A DNA stretch of 63,191 nt, the filler included, from Rhabdomonas costata (Eukaryota): NCBI GenBank assembly GCA_019059605.1. It is 38 parts of 38 records of this genome, joined end to end, with 100 filler letters (N's around TTAATTAATTAA, not from the genome) between each part and the next. Parts side by side here need not be neighbours in the genome. Positions count along the whole stretch, not along the records: positions 49,985 to 51,548 come from JAHMHO010012929.1; positions 51,649 to 53,213 come from JAHMHO010012930.1; positions 53,314 to 54,878 come from JAHMHO010012931.1; positions 54,979 to 56,543 come from JAHMHO010012932.1; positions 56,644 to 58,207 come from JAHMHO010012933.1; positions 58,308 to 59,871 come from JAHMHO010012934.1; positions 59,972 to 61,526 come from JAHMHO010012935.1; positions 61,627 to 63,191 come from JAHMHO010012936.1; 30 more parts are not named here. One strand, 5' to 3'. The notes beneath the pieces were generated by a model that had not been told where the DNA came from, made no database searches, and saw only the letters and a list, made by a program, of their open reading frames with translations. How positions within the stretch are numbered: the stretch's first letter is position 1; each line of letters starts with the position of its first letter. Positions 50,952-62,940 of this stretch are shown piece after piece. A program made the position numbers and the translations under genes.

Positions 50952-51668
50952 CTGATTTTCGGAAGAGTGAGGGTAAGAGTCCTTCTCTCTCTCGCTCGCT
51001 CGCTCGCTCTTTCAGCGTGTCCTTCTGCACATATGTACTCTTCCAAAGGTTCAGGGAAAAACTTGATTTACCGTGATTACCATGATTTATGGTTTGTTTG
51101 TGTGTTTATTGGTAATTTCGCGGTATTTTTTTTTTTGCGCTTTTCAATGTGACCCATGATTAACCTTGAATTATCGCAATCGCACGTGCTCCACTTGCTT
51201 TTTAGCCGTCATTTCGTAGCCATCGATAAGTTCAACTCCATGCATATCTGGCGCATTACCAGAGCAGAATAGGTCAGCTTCCATCAGCTTTCCCCAAGCA
51301 CAGCCTTCCGTGAGCTCTTGAAGCGCTGATCCCTTATAACACAGGCGCCAGTGCGTGTCTGATAGGCAGTTAGTTTGTATTTCCGGCCTGTGCAGACTAG
51401 AATTCATCCGGATCCTTTTTTCTGCTGCGGCACACGGTGTGCACATGGACCGCCTAGTATCCCACCACTATCTTTGTGGCAAACGATTTCCTTGATCATC
51501 CATCCTTGAAAACTATCACTGCTAGGATCCAAGCTACACACCCACCCCNNNNNNNNNNNNNNNNNNNNNNNNNNNNNNNNNNNNNNNNNNNNTTAATTAA
51601 TTAANNNNNNNNNNNNNNNNNNNNNNNNNNNNNNNNNNNNNNNNNNNNTGTGGTGGGTGTGCGGACAG

Positions 51669-53136
51669 ATGCCCTGGTGAGCCTGCGGGGCAGCTGCGGG
51701 CAGGCCGAGGCACCGGTGAAGGCCACTCAGACTGGAGCAGTGCTGGGCAAGATCCTCCCCCTTGTGCTGGATGCGGTGTCTCCTCCCGTCCCTTTGAGCG
51801 CAGAGTGCTGTGGCTCACCTTTAGTCACTGGTGTAGGTTATGGCTCAGAGAGGGATTGACTCACACCACGTGACAGTCCAGTGGGTTGGGGCTGGTGCCT
51901 GGCTGGCGTATTCGCTGTGACAGCCAAGGAGTGAGGATTTAAGGATTTAGCACTGATGCAGGCTAGCGTTTAGCCGCCGGGGCATTCGCGTCATTCCTGT
52001 GCTGTGTTTTTGGTGTGCTAGCTTGCCCTGTTCTCTTCCTAGGAGTCTACGGTTCGAGCGGCCGCCCTGGCATGCCTGAAGGTGTTCTTCGAAAAAGTGC
52101 TTCTGGAGGTCGCCCACTTCGTGTACCTCTGTCTTCTCTGTCGGAAGACATTGTTGACGTCATTGTGAGCTCTATTGTGAGTACACTGAGTATTGTGAGA
52201 CCCTTTGTCTTCACGAGAACGTCAGCAGGCTGGCTTGTGGTCCCCGGTTCGTGTTGTGGGCAAATAGGACGGATACATCCCGGGGTGGGTTCCATTGCTG
52301 TTGGGGTGGCTCAACATGAATGTATCAGAACCTGACCGCGTTTTTATGTCATCAGTTGATTTTTTGAATCATCCACTAGCTTATTGCCACCACTTGCACT
52401 CCTTTGGGGGCTTTCTTTTCAGGATCGGGCGACGTTGGCTGTCCCCCTGGTGTTTCGCTTCGTCAACATTGGTGTGTGTTTGATGCATGTGATATTGGCA
52501 TGTGCTTGATGTGCAGTACCTTCTGCACTTGTATATGTTCTGGTCAGGACAGACTGAGAAATCGCTCTTGAGTTCCTTCACTCCTGAGGATGTCTGTATT
52601 CCTCTGCGGAAAGGGCAACCTCAGTTTGTGGGGAAGAGAGAGTGTGTGTGCCTGTGGTGTTCACACCATTTTAATCTATTTTCGTGGACTGGGTGGCGTC
52701 TTGTTCTGCTGAGTGGGAGGGGGGCAGCACGCTTTTTTTCTTCGTGAATTGTCGCTGGGGGGAGGGGTGTTGGAATGCCAACGTGGTTCGTTGCAGAAGG
52801 TTGAACAGGGCATTTGCCTCTTAAAAGACCATCTCCTTCAAGGACGACCTCGCAACCTTTTGCCTTATTTATACCGTAGATATAGCCACCGATGGATGCG
52901 AATTAGGATGTGTTTTTGCTAAATACGAATACTATTGTCATCAAGCGTGCCGATCGTATTGAGATATTACCGCCTTGTCGAGGTTCTCTTTGTTGTGCAC
53001 TTTGCATTTGCGGTGCGGGGAATGTGCAGCGCTGACCCACATCGACACCAGCGTGCAGCGGGCCGGGGTGGACCTGCTGGAGCTGTTCCTTCAGTGCGCC
53101 GTGGGCGCCCCGGGGTGCTCCAGGGTGATTGCGGAG
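51669..53136 (+). CDS. TEX10: TEX10/Ipi1 (Rix1 complex) N-terminal fragment; exons 51669-51775, 52043-52108, 52423-52471, 53030-53136
   Basis: DALVSLR..LGKILPLVLDA|ESTVRAAAL..|..LVFRFVNI|ALTHIDTSVQRAGVDLLELFL matches the Ipi1_N pattern. All phases are consistent. Confidence 0.75.
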
Positions 53137-53590
53137 GTGCTCCCTGTATCACCTGTGGTTGGTAAGGGCCTCCGGTGCGGGGGTTTGCCACCACCACCAA
53201 GCACACCCAACACNNNNNNNNNNNNNNNNNNNNNNNNNNNNNNNNNNNNNNNNNNNNTTAATTAATTAANNNNNNNNNNNNNNNNNNNNNNNNNNNNNNN
53301 NNNNNNNNNNNNNTTTTTTGGGGGACACAGAGCTTAAAGAACATTCACACGTGATTGGGTTACCCCCTTTCACAGAAAAAACACAGCAAACAAAGGCCCA
53401 CCCACGGGCCTGGGCACGCTCCCATCAGTCTATTGAGCAAAGAACCGCCATCGATTGGTGTGAGAATATGTCTCCAGAGGATCATTCTCAATTGCTGTGA
53501 CAAAAGGAAGCGCCGCATTGCGCCCATGTTGGGGAATCGGGAAACACTTCCGCATGAGAGAGAGACAAAGGGGAACGGGGGGAGGCGTAC

Positions 53591-53772
53591 TCCAGTCCTC
53601 ACGGTACTTGCGGCGGATGCTGTCGACGATCCGGCCCAGGTCCCGGGCCTTCTCGAACTTGCGGTAGTCGGACTGTCCCTTCACCATGCTGCTGGCCGCC
53701 AGCATGACGTACTTGCCGTTGCCGTTGACGTTGTCAATCCAGGATGCGAGCCAGGTCACCTTATTGTCATGC
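53591..53772 (-). CDS. TOP1: DNA topoisomerase IB exon
   Basis: [50 protein letters not shown]. Confidence 0.95.
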
Positions 53773-54978
53773 CTGCACCCCTCCCCCACTCCCTCCCCAG
53801 GGGAAATCGCTCCTCTGCGTCAAAGCTGAACCCAGCTCGCAGACGAAGGTCAGAACGGAAAAACATCGGCGGTAAGGCTCGAGCTTTACAACGGAGATAA
53901 AGAGGGTGCCATCGGAGGACACACGCCACAGCGTCAGCTCTGCGTCCGTTTTCTGGTTGCTACGTTTCTTCCGGCGGCTCTACCAGGCTCTAAGGACGAT
54001 GTGACTCACGACTTTCGTCGTGTAAGTTCTCGATAGAGAGAAAAGCAGGAGGTAGGGAGAGGTGAGAAGCCAGCACCTTATCCAAAGAAGTTCGGTCCAT
54101 GCTTGGGCTTCCCACCGTCTCGCCTTCGTGGGGAGCACCTACCTCTGTGAGCGGAAAGAAAAAACGGTACAGAGGAGAAGACCTCGCCTGCCCATACACC
54201 CCGTCACAAAACGCAAAACAACATTTCTTAAGAGGACTGCACCCACGCTTCCAAAAACCGATGCAAAACAAAGAAGTCTCATTAAAGAAGCTTAAGAAGA
54301 ACAACAAATCGAAGTCAAGGAAAACAAAAGGATGATTGATAACGGGAAGAGAAGGAAAGGGCAGCCACGCTGATATCACAACTGACACAAAGCAGCAGTA
54401 CTGTCACACCTGAGAGGGCTTTCTTGGAAAGCCAGTCCGGGGTGACATCGAGTTTCATCATTTTGAGATTTGCAAAACAGTGATAATGAGACAGCCTGAT
54501 TCACATCAGCACAAAAATTATGCCTCCCCCCCCCTCTGCTAATCCATTAGGACGCGCGAACGGGGCCCGCACTTTGCAACAGACGGCTGCTGCAAGGAAT
54601 CAACCTTGGGCAACAGTGAACATCCCCCAGGGCATTTCCATGTGCAGAAAAAGATTTTCCGCAACTAAAAGCACAAAGCGAAAGGCATCGCAGCGAGAAC
54701 ATCCCACCGATCTTCAGATCGCCCCGGCAAAATCAACCGATGCCACAGTCACACTGCGTGCTCACAGGGGTGGGATGAACGCGCACCCGCGATTTCCTCA
54801 CGCTCTGCCATCTCTGCTACAGTGAGCGAAAGCACTGACACACACACATACACACCACCACCACCAAACACACCACACNNNNNNNNNNNNNNNNNNNNNN
54901 NNNNNNNNNNNNNNNNNNNNNNTTAATTAATTAANNNNNNNNNNNNNNNNNNNNNNNNNNNNNNNNNNNNNNNNNNNN

Positions 54979-56523
54979 GTGGGTGTGTTTGGGTGGTGTT
55001 GTAATGCGCTTGCGCTTCTTGAGGAGGTGGAACAGGAATCGGTTCTTGTACGACATCATCTCCTCCCGAGCCCTACCCAGCCCCCCCGCCGCGGAAGGGG
55101 TGCACTTGTGCCCAGCGAAACGTGAGGAGTGTGGCGGTGGTAATTATGCTCAATCTCGGCACCGTGCACCTTGCTGCAATAGGCGCTGCTGCTTTGCTTC
55201 TAACCACCGCATGTGTCGCCCGCAGCGTGCCACTTCGCATTCACTGCAAATCTTCCTGAGGGTTAAGGATTAATTCCTCACTTTGTCTGCCATGCGCTGC
55301 CTGACAACACCAAGTTTCTTTTTGCCACTGTCAGCATTGCGGGAATGCGAATGGGAAAACGACCCAGGCTCAAACGCTTTTTCGGAACATCCATTCGAAA
55401 GCGCTGCCCTGCAAGGGCACACGGTTTATCACACGGTTTACATCCCAGAAACATTGCCCGTGCCTCAAAAGTGAGGTGAAAAAGTGATACCAAATTGTTT
55501 GGACTTTCAGGACTTTTAGGGATGATAAAAAGTCCATGTCAGCACCATATCAGCACAGTTGCTTCCAACGCTTTGGAAGCTCCTCAATTCAGGGAACTTT
55601 TTCGGAGGTATGCCGATGTCTTCCAGACGTGCGAGTGACATGAGCTGCGCTTCTCACTTTTGAGATGACCTGGGCCATACCACAGGCCATACCACAGTCT
55701 GGCCCGCCATCTCCTTGCTCTTGCAGCGAGGGCGATGATTGCCCAGGGTCTACAGTCGCCCAACCGAAGGCTCCCGATGAGTACCAATGGCACACCGCTA
55801 CAAAACCACAAGCTCGTTAGGAACGGTCAAAGACTGCTCCCTTTCAATGAGTGCATTTTACCGCGAGTTGAGAGGAGAGGGAAGGGGTGGGGGCATACCG
55901 GGACCCCGCCTTGAGCATCTCGTTGTCCGCCTCACTGTTCAGCCGCTCAAACTTCGCGATCAGGATCGCGGCGAACATGTTGAACAGGAAGTAGTTCCCC
56001 ACAAAGAAGAAAACTATCGCGTACAGGGCCGCTGCGGGGTTGTGGTTGAGCTCTGGGGCCTGGCCCGCCTCCTGCGCGGACGCACAAAAAGCACCCCAAG
56101 AGGGGAAGGACGTAGAATGGGTGCAGCGGGAGCTTCCCTCATTCCCATGGGGGGAGACGGAAGGAAGACATTGCGCCATGTGACTGGAATGGGAAGGTGT
56201 GTGTAGAGGCACTGGGCCGGGATCTGCTGGCAAGCTAGTTAAGTGTACCCCTCATCAGGGGCGTGCTGAGCCGACACGCGCCTCTCCTGATAAAAGCCCA
56301 TGATTAGGTGTGTGTGCGTGTGCGTGTGTGCGTTTGGTGCGTAGCGCGCTGGTTGTTGCCTGACTGACCGTTGGTGACCACTGTGAAATGAGGGACGCAC
56401 GCGCTGTTGGGAGGGAAGGAAGCCACCCTCCCGCTGGGCGCAAAGGCACCCACAACACGCGCAGGCACAGAAACAAACCGTGGCGTCCATGCACGAGAAG
56501 ATGATGTCGTTCCACCCGTCGCC
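54979..56523 (-). CDS. voltage-gated Ca2+/Na+ channel, pore loop-S6 (domain III-like) and following linker; exons 56479-56523, 55899-56071, 54979-55072
   Basis: GDGWNDIIFSCMDAT|EAGQAPELNHNPAAALYAIVFFFVGNYFLFNMFAAILIAKF. Splice phases are consistent. Confidence 0.85.
54980..54992 (+). other. WGA universal-primer remnant TGGGTGTGTTTGG (also 58312-58324; reverse complement at 28212-28224 and 34879-34891; a longer one-mismatch copy at 53197-53213)
   Basis: The same 13-mer sits at four independent contig termini pointing inward, followed by G/T-only bases. Confidence 0.8.
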
Positions 56524-56643
56524 CTGCAAACGGCATCCACCACNNNNNNNNNNNNNNNNNNNNNNNNNNNNNNNNNNNNNNNNNNNNTTAATTAATTAAN
56601 NNNNNNNNNNNNNNNNNNNNNNNNNNNNNNNNNNNNNNNNNNN

Positions 56644-56926
56644 GGGGGTTTGTGGAAATTTTCACGCTTTTGTGGACATTAAGACGACCTAATGAGTGTC
56701 TTTGCATCGGGTCATCGGGTTTTGAGTATGGGCAAAAAACTAGACTGCGCGAACAACCCACATAACACACATTATACAAATGACACTGTTAAAAGTGAGA
56801 GGTGAGAGGTGCAGCTTAAACGATACTTCTGCACAAACTGACCAAGGAACCTCGAAGACGAAATGCAAAGACACTCATTAGGTCGTCTTAATGTCCACAA
56901 AAGCGTGAAAATTTCCGCAAACTCCC
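56644..56926. mobile_element. 283-bp MITE-like element with 64-bp terminal inverted repeats, followed by TTAA
   Basis: 56644-56707 versus 56863-56926: 62/64 complementary. Termini GGG...CCC, with TTAA at 56927-56930. Confidence 0.75.
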
Positions 56927-57352
56927 TTAAAGTCAAGTGCCATGAGAGAAAGCCATGTCACTAAGCACCCTTTTCAGTACCCGTTTGTAAAAACCTATTC
57001 CCTGCAATGCAACTTTTCACGATAAAATCTACAGCAGACTTTCCCCCAGGAAATATCACTTGTAAAACGCCTTCTTTAGAGTACTTACAAAAGTTCACTT
57101 GAAGTATCACGGGCAAAATTAATGGGTGCCTCCATCTTAACCACTTTTCCGAGCGTCTTTGATCCCCTGAAACAGCAAGGTTCATGATCAGCGCATCATC
57201 GGCAGCATACAAAAAAGCTTATTTGTATTGGTACACAGAACATTCGCTAGTGTTGGACGCTGCGCCTTCATCAGCGCCAAAAACAGCGCAATGGGAACGG
57301 ATATCAACAGATTAAAAGAAAGCGAGGGAGGGGGGGGGGGTGCGTATGTCAG

Positions 57353-57855
57353 GTGGTCCAGCGGCCGCGGCGCTTCAGCACCGCCTTCCCTTCAGAGGAG
57401 GCTCTCGCTCGCTCTGTTCGGTTTGTGGAGGACGCGAAGAAGAGCCGCAGGTCGTACTTCTCCCTTCGCGTGATCGGTTCAACGATTTCCGGTGTCTCGA
57501 TGCTCCCAGTCGGACCTAGTGTGGACGCTTTGCCTGGTTAGCGTGGGAACAGAACATGAATGCCAATTGGGAGTTTGATATGTGGTTGGTCATGGCTGCA
57601 TTTTTTGCAGAGGTTTTCTTCTTTGACTTAGGTTCACACTTAGGGACACACACTTAGGGTCCCAATGATTCTGTGGCTTCCCTGTTTCAGCACGATTACG
57701 CCCTCACTTTCAAAGAAATGTGCGCATCATCGCACATCCCCCAAACCCATGCGCTGCAGGGGGCATCTCGTTGGGCTCTTCGAGCGCGTCCTGTCGTTCA
57801 AGGACCACCTGCCCGGAGCGGCGAACCGCAAAGCTCGCTCCGCCCTCCCCCGACT
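57353..57855 (+). CDS. two probable exons of unknown protein (about 57353-57469 and 57760-57855)
   Basis: GC-rich open frames VVQRPRRFSTAFPSEEAL.. and GHLVGLFERVLSFKDHLP.. with CAG/GT borders. Confidence 0.4.
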
Positions 57856-59055
57856 GTAAGGACGGCCGTCTCCTTTGTACAGACAATAAACTGATTCAGG
57901 TCTGTCTATCTCTGTGGCGAGAGATTTTTGTTGGCCATTGGTCCCTCTCTCGTTCTTTTGTGTTTGTGGGCGGGTGCTCTTTGAGTGAGCAAGCCCCCAG
58001 GTTTCTATAGTGAAGAGAGAGTGAGTGAGAGGAAGGGCGTGGGAGGGCTGGGCTCAAATCAGTGTCGCTGGGTTTTCTCCGACTCGCAACGGCTTGCTTT
58101 ATTGACTTCACGAATTCCTCTCTTACGGTGGCTTTCCGTGCCCGTGTCTTTTTTGTTTCGACAGCCCGCGCGATTTTGTTTGCTTTTCTCTGTCTGACAA
58201 ACCAACCNNNNNNNNNNNNNNNNNNNNNNNNNNNNNNNNNNNNNNNNNNNNTTAATTAATTAANNNNNNNNNNNNNNNNNNNNNNNNNNNNNNNNNNNNN
58301 NNNNNNNGTGGTGGGTGTGTTTGGGGGGGTGCGCTAAGTATAGTTATGCACTAGTTACCCCGTTCCTCCGCCGGTCAATGTTGTTGGCACCCAACTGCTT
58401 CCATTATTCTCTATTTGAGCACCCGAAGGGAGTGCACCGGCCGCACTTTCACGCTGCTATTGAGGCAGCCCCCCAGACAGATGTGGTATTCTGGGAATAA
58501 CATCCACAGTGCCTGGTAATGTTTCGATGAGTTCTTTTTTTTGCTGTCAAATCAAATGCTAACATCATCCCCTGCCTACAGGTAGGGGTGACTTTTTCAA
58601 CTGGGCCCCGCACTCCTCTGCTTGCGAAATGTCTCCGTCACCAGCGTTCTGTCCGCAGCGCACTCTATTATTTATTGGTGGGGCTTCCTGACGCAGGCAC
58701 GCACGTGACAGGGCATCCGTGTTGGCCATGTGAGGGAAAGCCGTGGTTTCCGCTGAGTGTGCCCTGCTTAGGGTTTCATATTCAGCAACATGTGGACGCA
58801 AACCTGAATGTATTCAATATCGATGATCCTGTGTGACAATCTTCGTACCATTAAAATTAGATTATTTAGTCGAGCCCCCCCCCCAAAAAAAAACTCTGGG
58901 TGCCCTCTGCACGCTGTTTGAGGTGTGTGCCCCCTCAGTTTTTTCTTCACCCCCCTCCCTCTTCTGGGCGTTTGCCCAGCGTTGGTTTTCTGAAAGATGC
59001 TCTGGGCCCCACCTTCCAAATGGAAAGCCGTGAGGCCTCTCCTGCACTTCTTCAG

Positions 59056-59374
59056 CATGGCGGTTCTCGTGTACCTCGTCTACGATCTGTGCAGCGAGCC
59101 CGCGCTGGTTCCCACGAGCGAGAACGTGCCCCACCCGCTGGAGATGGGCGGCCCCAACCACCCCGTGCTCCGGGATGGGATGCACCGCAAGAGGCCTGAG
59201 CGGCTTTGGGACACCTTCGCGCGAAAGCGCGGGGTGGCCCTGAAGCCGCAGCAGTCGAACTGGGTGGTGTGGGCCAACGTCGTCGACTACTTCAGCAATT
59301 ACACCTACCAGCTGTGTGGCCCGTACAATTCTCCAACCAATCCTGTGGTGGTCGGGGGAGCCGGCTATGCGCAG
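59056..59374 (+). CDS. exon of unknown, probably type II membrane, protein
   Basis: High-GC3 frame MAVLVYLVYDLCSEP...GGAGYAQ ending at a GT donor. Confidence 0.55.
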
Positions 59375-60135
59375 GTCTCCCCCGCCCCACTCGATTTAAA
59401 CTCATCTTGTTGTGGGTGGATCAACGCAAGATTCAAAAGTTCAGTTTTTTGCGGGAGGTTTTTGTTCGGAAAGTTTAACATATACACAACACAGTAAAGA
59501 CCCCAGGTCTGTTTCGGCATCACCAAAAAGAATCTCTCAGAGGGAGCCACTCAAAGACAAGCAGGTTCTCTTTGCACTTCCTCTATTTCATTTAGTTTGG
59601 GATTTTTGCTCCTTTTCAAGGCAGCAATGAGGCACCGACACCTCCGAATCCATACGCAGTCAACTCACCCCAACCCCATTTTTGGTTGGCTGGTTGGTTG
59701 ATCGAATCCCATTGGGTGCATCATTAATTAGCTCAATGAAATTGCCTCGCCTTGCCACCACTTTTCGGAGTTTAATGCTGTGCTCAGAGAATATACACAC
59801 ACACACACCCCTCTCTCTCGATCCGAAACTTCAATCACCCCCCCTCCTCCCCCATCACCCCAGTCACCACANNNNNNNNNNNNNNNNNNNNNNNNNNNNN
59901 NNNNNNNNNNNNNNNTTAATTAATTAANNNNNNNNNNNNNNNNNNNNNNNNNNNNNNNNNNNNNNNNNNNNGTTTCAAAGCCACCACCCTGATATACACA
60001 GCATCGCAGACTTGTGGGTTGCTTCAGAGAGCCTGAGAGTCAGTAACTGCATTCTGACTTGCACTAACTTCCACCAATGGGCGATTCTTCTGTGACTCGG
60101 GGTTGAGACTCGTGCACACAAATACATACACGTAG

Positions 60136-61376
60136 CGGAGGACATCGTGTTGAACCTGGCGCGGAAGAATGGCCCTCCGCCAGGCTCTGCTCCGAAGATC
60201 CTGGTCGTTGGCGCGAGCTCACCGACGGCCTCCGCGGCGTCTGGGTCCAGGCCGCGGCTTTTCTCGAAGACCCCGGCTAGCCCAACCAACGCTGCCGCGA
60301 CGGCGGCCACAAACCCCACTCCCCTAGCTCTTGGTGATGTATATGTAGGTTGTGCAAAGCAAAGTGGAGAGAGGAAGAGTTGTGCAGATTGAAGAGTGGA
60401 TTTGAAGTCGGATTCGAAGTTACCCCTGGCCGTCTTTTTCCCGCAGATGTTGTTTCCAGTGATGAAACAATTTGAATTTGTTCTGGGATATCCTCTGCAC
60501 TTCGTTGTGTGTGCGTGATTGTATTCCATGCGCTTAATCTAGACCAGCGTGAGACCGGACACCAATGTGGATTTGAGCCGATTTCGGTGCCTGACAGTAT
60601 CCGTACCGTGTTAACCCTTCACACCTCAGTGTGTGAAATACCTTGAGATGTCTTGACTTGTGACTTGCGTGTTTGTGTTTGTGTGGGTGGGTGCCCAGGG
60701 GCGATGGGGACCAATGAGGGGCTGTCGTACACCCTGCAGACCCATGACAGTAACGGAAACCCGATTTGGCTGGCGAAGTCCCCTTTCGAGTCCCCAAAGA
60801 AAGGTCCTGGGTGCAGTATGAGTATGAGCCTTGAGGCGGTGAGAGGGTGCCGTTCCTGCCGTTCCAGTGAGAGATGCAGTTTATTGTGGCTTTTCTGCAT
60901 TACTTATACCCGAAACAGTGTGTGTCAGTCTTTTCAGCTTTGTTTCTTTCTGTTCGTGCACCATCGGGCCAAATCTGTCTTGCCTTCACGCATGGGTTCT
61001 GCACCTGACGAGTCCGTCATTTGTTGTTGTTGTTCGTTTGTTGGGAGACTTGAGCACTGTGTGTGTGTGCGTGCGTGTAAGCGGCCCCTTGGGAACCCTG
61101 CGCATTTACACTGTGAATTATGAGCATAATGGTGATGACCAGCCCTGCTTGTGAGAGAGAATGATCGACAAACCACACCGAGGCGCGGAATGGACCGTTA
61201 AGAGGGTGAGGCCCGATGGGTCCATCTATATTTGGAAAAATACAAGGGGAAGGTTAACGCAAGGCCTCCTCAGAAGAACTTTACAGTTGCCAAGTGCAAG
61301 GTGTTTGTGGCAACCTACGGCCCCAACCTGAGGCACCTGCTGGCCCCCATGTTCCACCGGGGAAGTCCCAGTTGGG
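60136..61376 (+). CDS. three probable exons of unknown protein (starting about 60136, 60699, 61287)
   Basis: EDIVLNLARKNG..KILVVGASS; GAMGTNEGLSYTLQTHD..; AKCKVFVATYGPNLRHLLAPMFH. AG/GT borders and GC-rich codons. Confidence 0.45.
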
Positions 61377-61700
61377 GTAGGACCAGAGTTGCCTTCACCA
61401 TACCGCCAAATCGAGACCAGTGCTAGACCGTAAGCATATATGTGTGTGCGGTTCAAAATTGACTGTGATCTGAAGGATCCACCCAGGGAACTGCGGTGTT
61501 TGCTCTGACTGCCACAAACACCCCCCNNNNNNNNNNNNNNNNNNNNNNNNNNNNNNNNNNNNNNNNNNNNTTAATTAATTAANNNNNNNNNNNNNNNNNN
61601 NNNNNNNNNNNNNNNNNNNNNNNNNNTTGTTTTTATCGTCTAATTGGAGAGATTTGTCAAAAACGTTGAAAAACAACTTGGTGTTATGCCACAGTTCAGG

Positions 61701-61728
61701 TAATTTTCCTTTCTTTTTCCACGCACAG
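61701..61728 (+). promoter_or_regulatory. polypyrimidine tract plus CAG acceptor 17 nt upstream of an ATG (candidate trans-splice or 5'UTR acceptor)
   Basis: ttttcctttctttttccacgcacAG ends at 61728; ATG at 61746. Confidence 0.5.
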
Positions 61729-61745
61729 CCCGGTGTCTTTCGAGA

Positions 61746-62940
61746 ATGGCATTTGTGGTTGGAGTAGCAGGCCCCAGTGGATGTGGGAAGGTGTGATTTC
61801 CTCTCTTTATTTGATAACCAGGAGCACCTAACCACATGAGTTCCAATTTAAGTTCGCCCTGTGATGGTTATTTCTTCGAAATTTTGTGCATCGGAAACGA
61901 CATCTGCAACAGCAGGTACTGAAAGCATTAGCCCATTGCTCTTCTATTACTGTGGCTTGCAGACCACCGTTGCGAAGACGTTGGCTGGCCTTCTTCACTG
62001 CGATGTGATCTCCGCGGATAAATTTTTCGACGTGAACAAGATCCACCAACAGCTTAACGGCAACTGGGAAACCCCAGAGGCCATCCGCTGGGATGCTCTA
62101 CGGGCCTCCATCACCACCGCAGCTCACTCCCAGCTCAGCCACTTTGTCGTGGTCGAGGGCTTCCTGCTGTTCTGTGACGCGGGAGAAGTCGCCGAATTGT
62201 GCAACCTTCGAGTGTGGCTGGAGACGGATGCGGCCACGGCGTGCGAGCGGCGGTGGGCGCGCAATCCCCGGGCTCCTCATCACCGTGAGGGGTTCAACCG
62301 GTGGTTTCATGGAGAGGTGTGGTCGCACTTCGAGAAGTACGCCCCGGAGCAGCGTGCACGCGCCCATCTTTCCTTCAGCACAACGGCCCCTGGAGCCACA
62401 GACAACATTGCCTCGGCAATTGTCTCTTCCCCAACTTTCCCGATCGCCCCCGCTGCATCACCTCTTGAGAAAAGGAGCCCCGCCATCAACGTTTTGATAC
62501 GCCTCCGTAATGTCGCGACAAAGCGCTTTCTCGGAGCTTCTGATCTTCATGACAGCTCTCGGGTCGGCCTGGTCTCCCAGAGTGATTCTGCAGCCCTCCT
62601 GTGGCGTCGAATTTCGGTGTCGCCCGACACCTACTACCTCGTCAACGTGGCCCAGGAGCGGTTTCTGGACACCCATGGGCGGGGTGTGTGGCTCTGGGGA
62701 GATGGCAAGGATGTCGGTCGCAGCCCCCAGAACCTCCAGTGGCGGTTCCAACCCACCGCCGAGGCAGTTCCATGCACCGCGTTCTACATTGTTAACGTGG
62801 GTTATGGGAAGTTCTTAAATAACCACGGAAATCCTCGGGACCCTAGGCATGAGCTCCACGTGTGGGGGGATGGGGTTGACGTCGGGCTCTTCCGCGAGAA
62901 TATTCAGTGGGAGGTCCTGCAAGATATTTCTCTGCAGTGA
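61746..62940 (+). CDS. complete gene: nicotinamide-riboside/uridine kinase-like P-loop domain fused to a ricin B-type beta-trefoil; exons 61746-61790, 61963-62940 (340 aa)
   Basis: Splicing rebuilds Walker A as MAFVVGVAGPSGCGK|TTVAK. Then ISADKFF, NWETPEAIRW, VVVEGFLLF and CERRWAR (NRK-like). The C-terminus has three N-x4-FL...W repeats. Confidence 0.9.

Larger units (their letters stand above)
1566..61626. other. 37 artificial contig spacers (44 N + TTAATTAATTAA + 44 N), first 1566-1665, last 61527-61626
   Basis: An identical 100-bp block with a six-frame stop linker recurs about every 1666 bp. The 38 contigs are all 1555-1568 bp, consistent with a size-sorted concatenation. Confidence 0.99.

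Noticed and set aside
37336..53772. TOP2, TOP1, cullin, APC1 and WD40 genes as a functional cluster
   Set aside because: They lie on separate contigs, so adjacency is meaningless.
57628..57663. TTAGGG-containing repeats as telomeric DNA
   Set aside because: Only two or three spaced copies, internal to a probable intron.
1566..61626. Regularly spaced TTAATTAATTAA as a CRISPR-like or other biological array
   Set aside because: It is embedded in N-runs and is an artificial six-frame stop linker.
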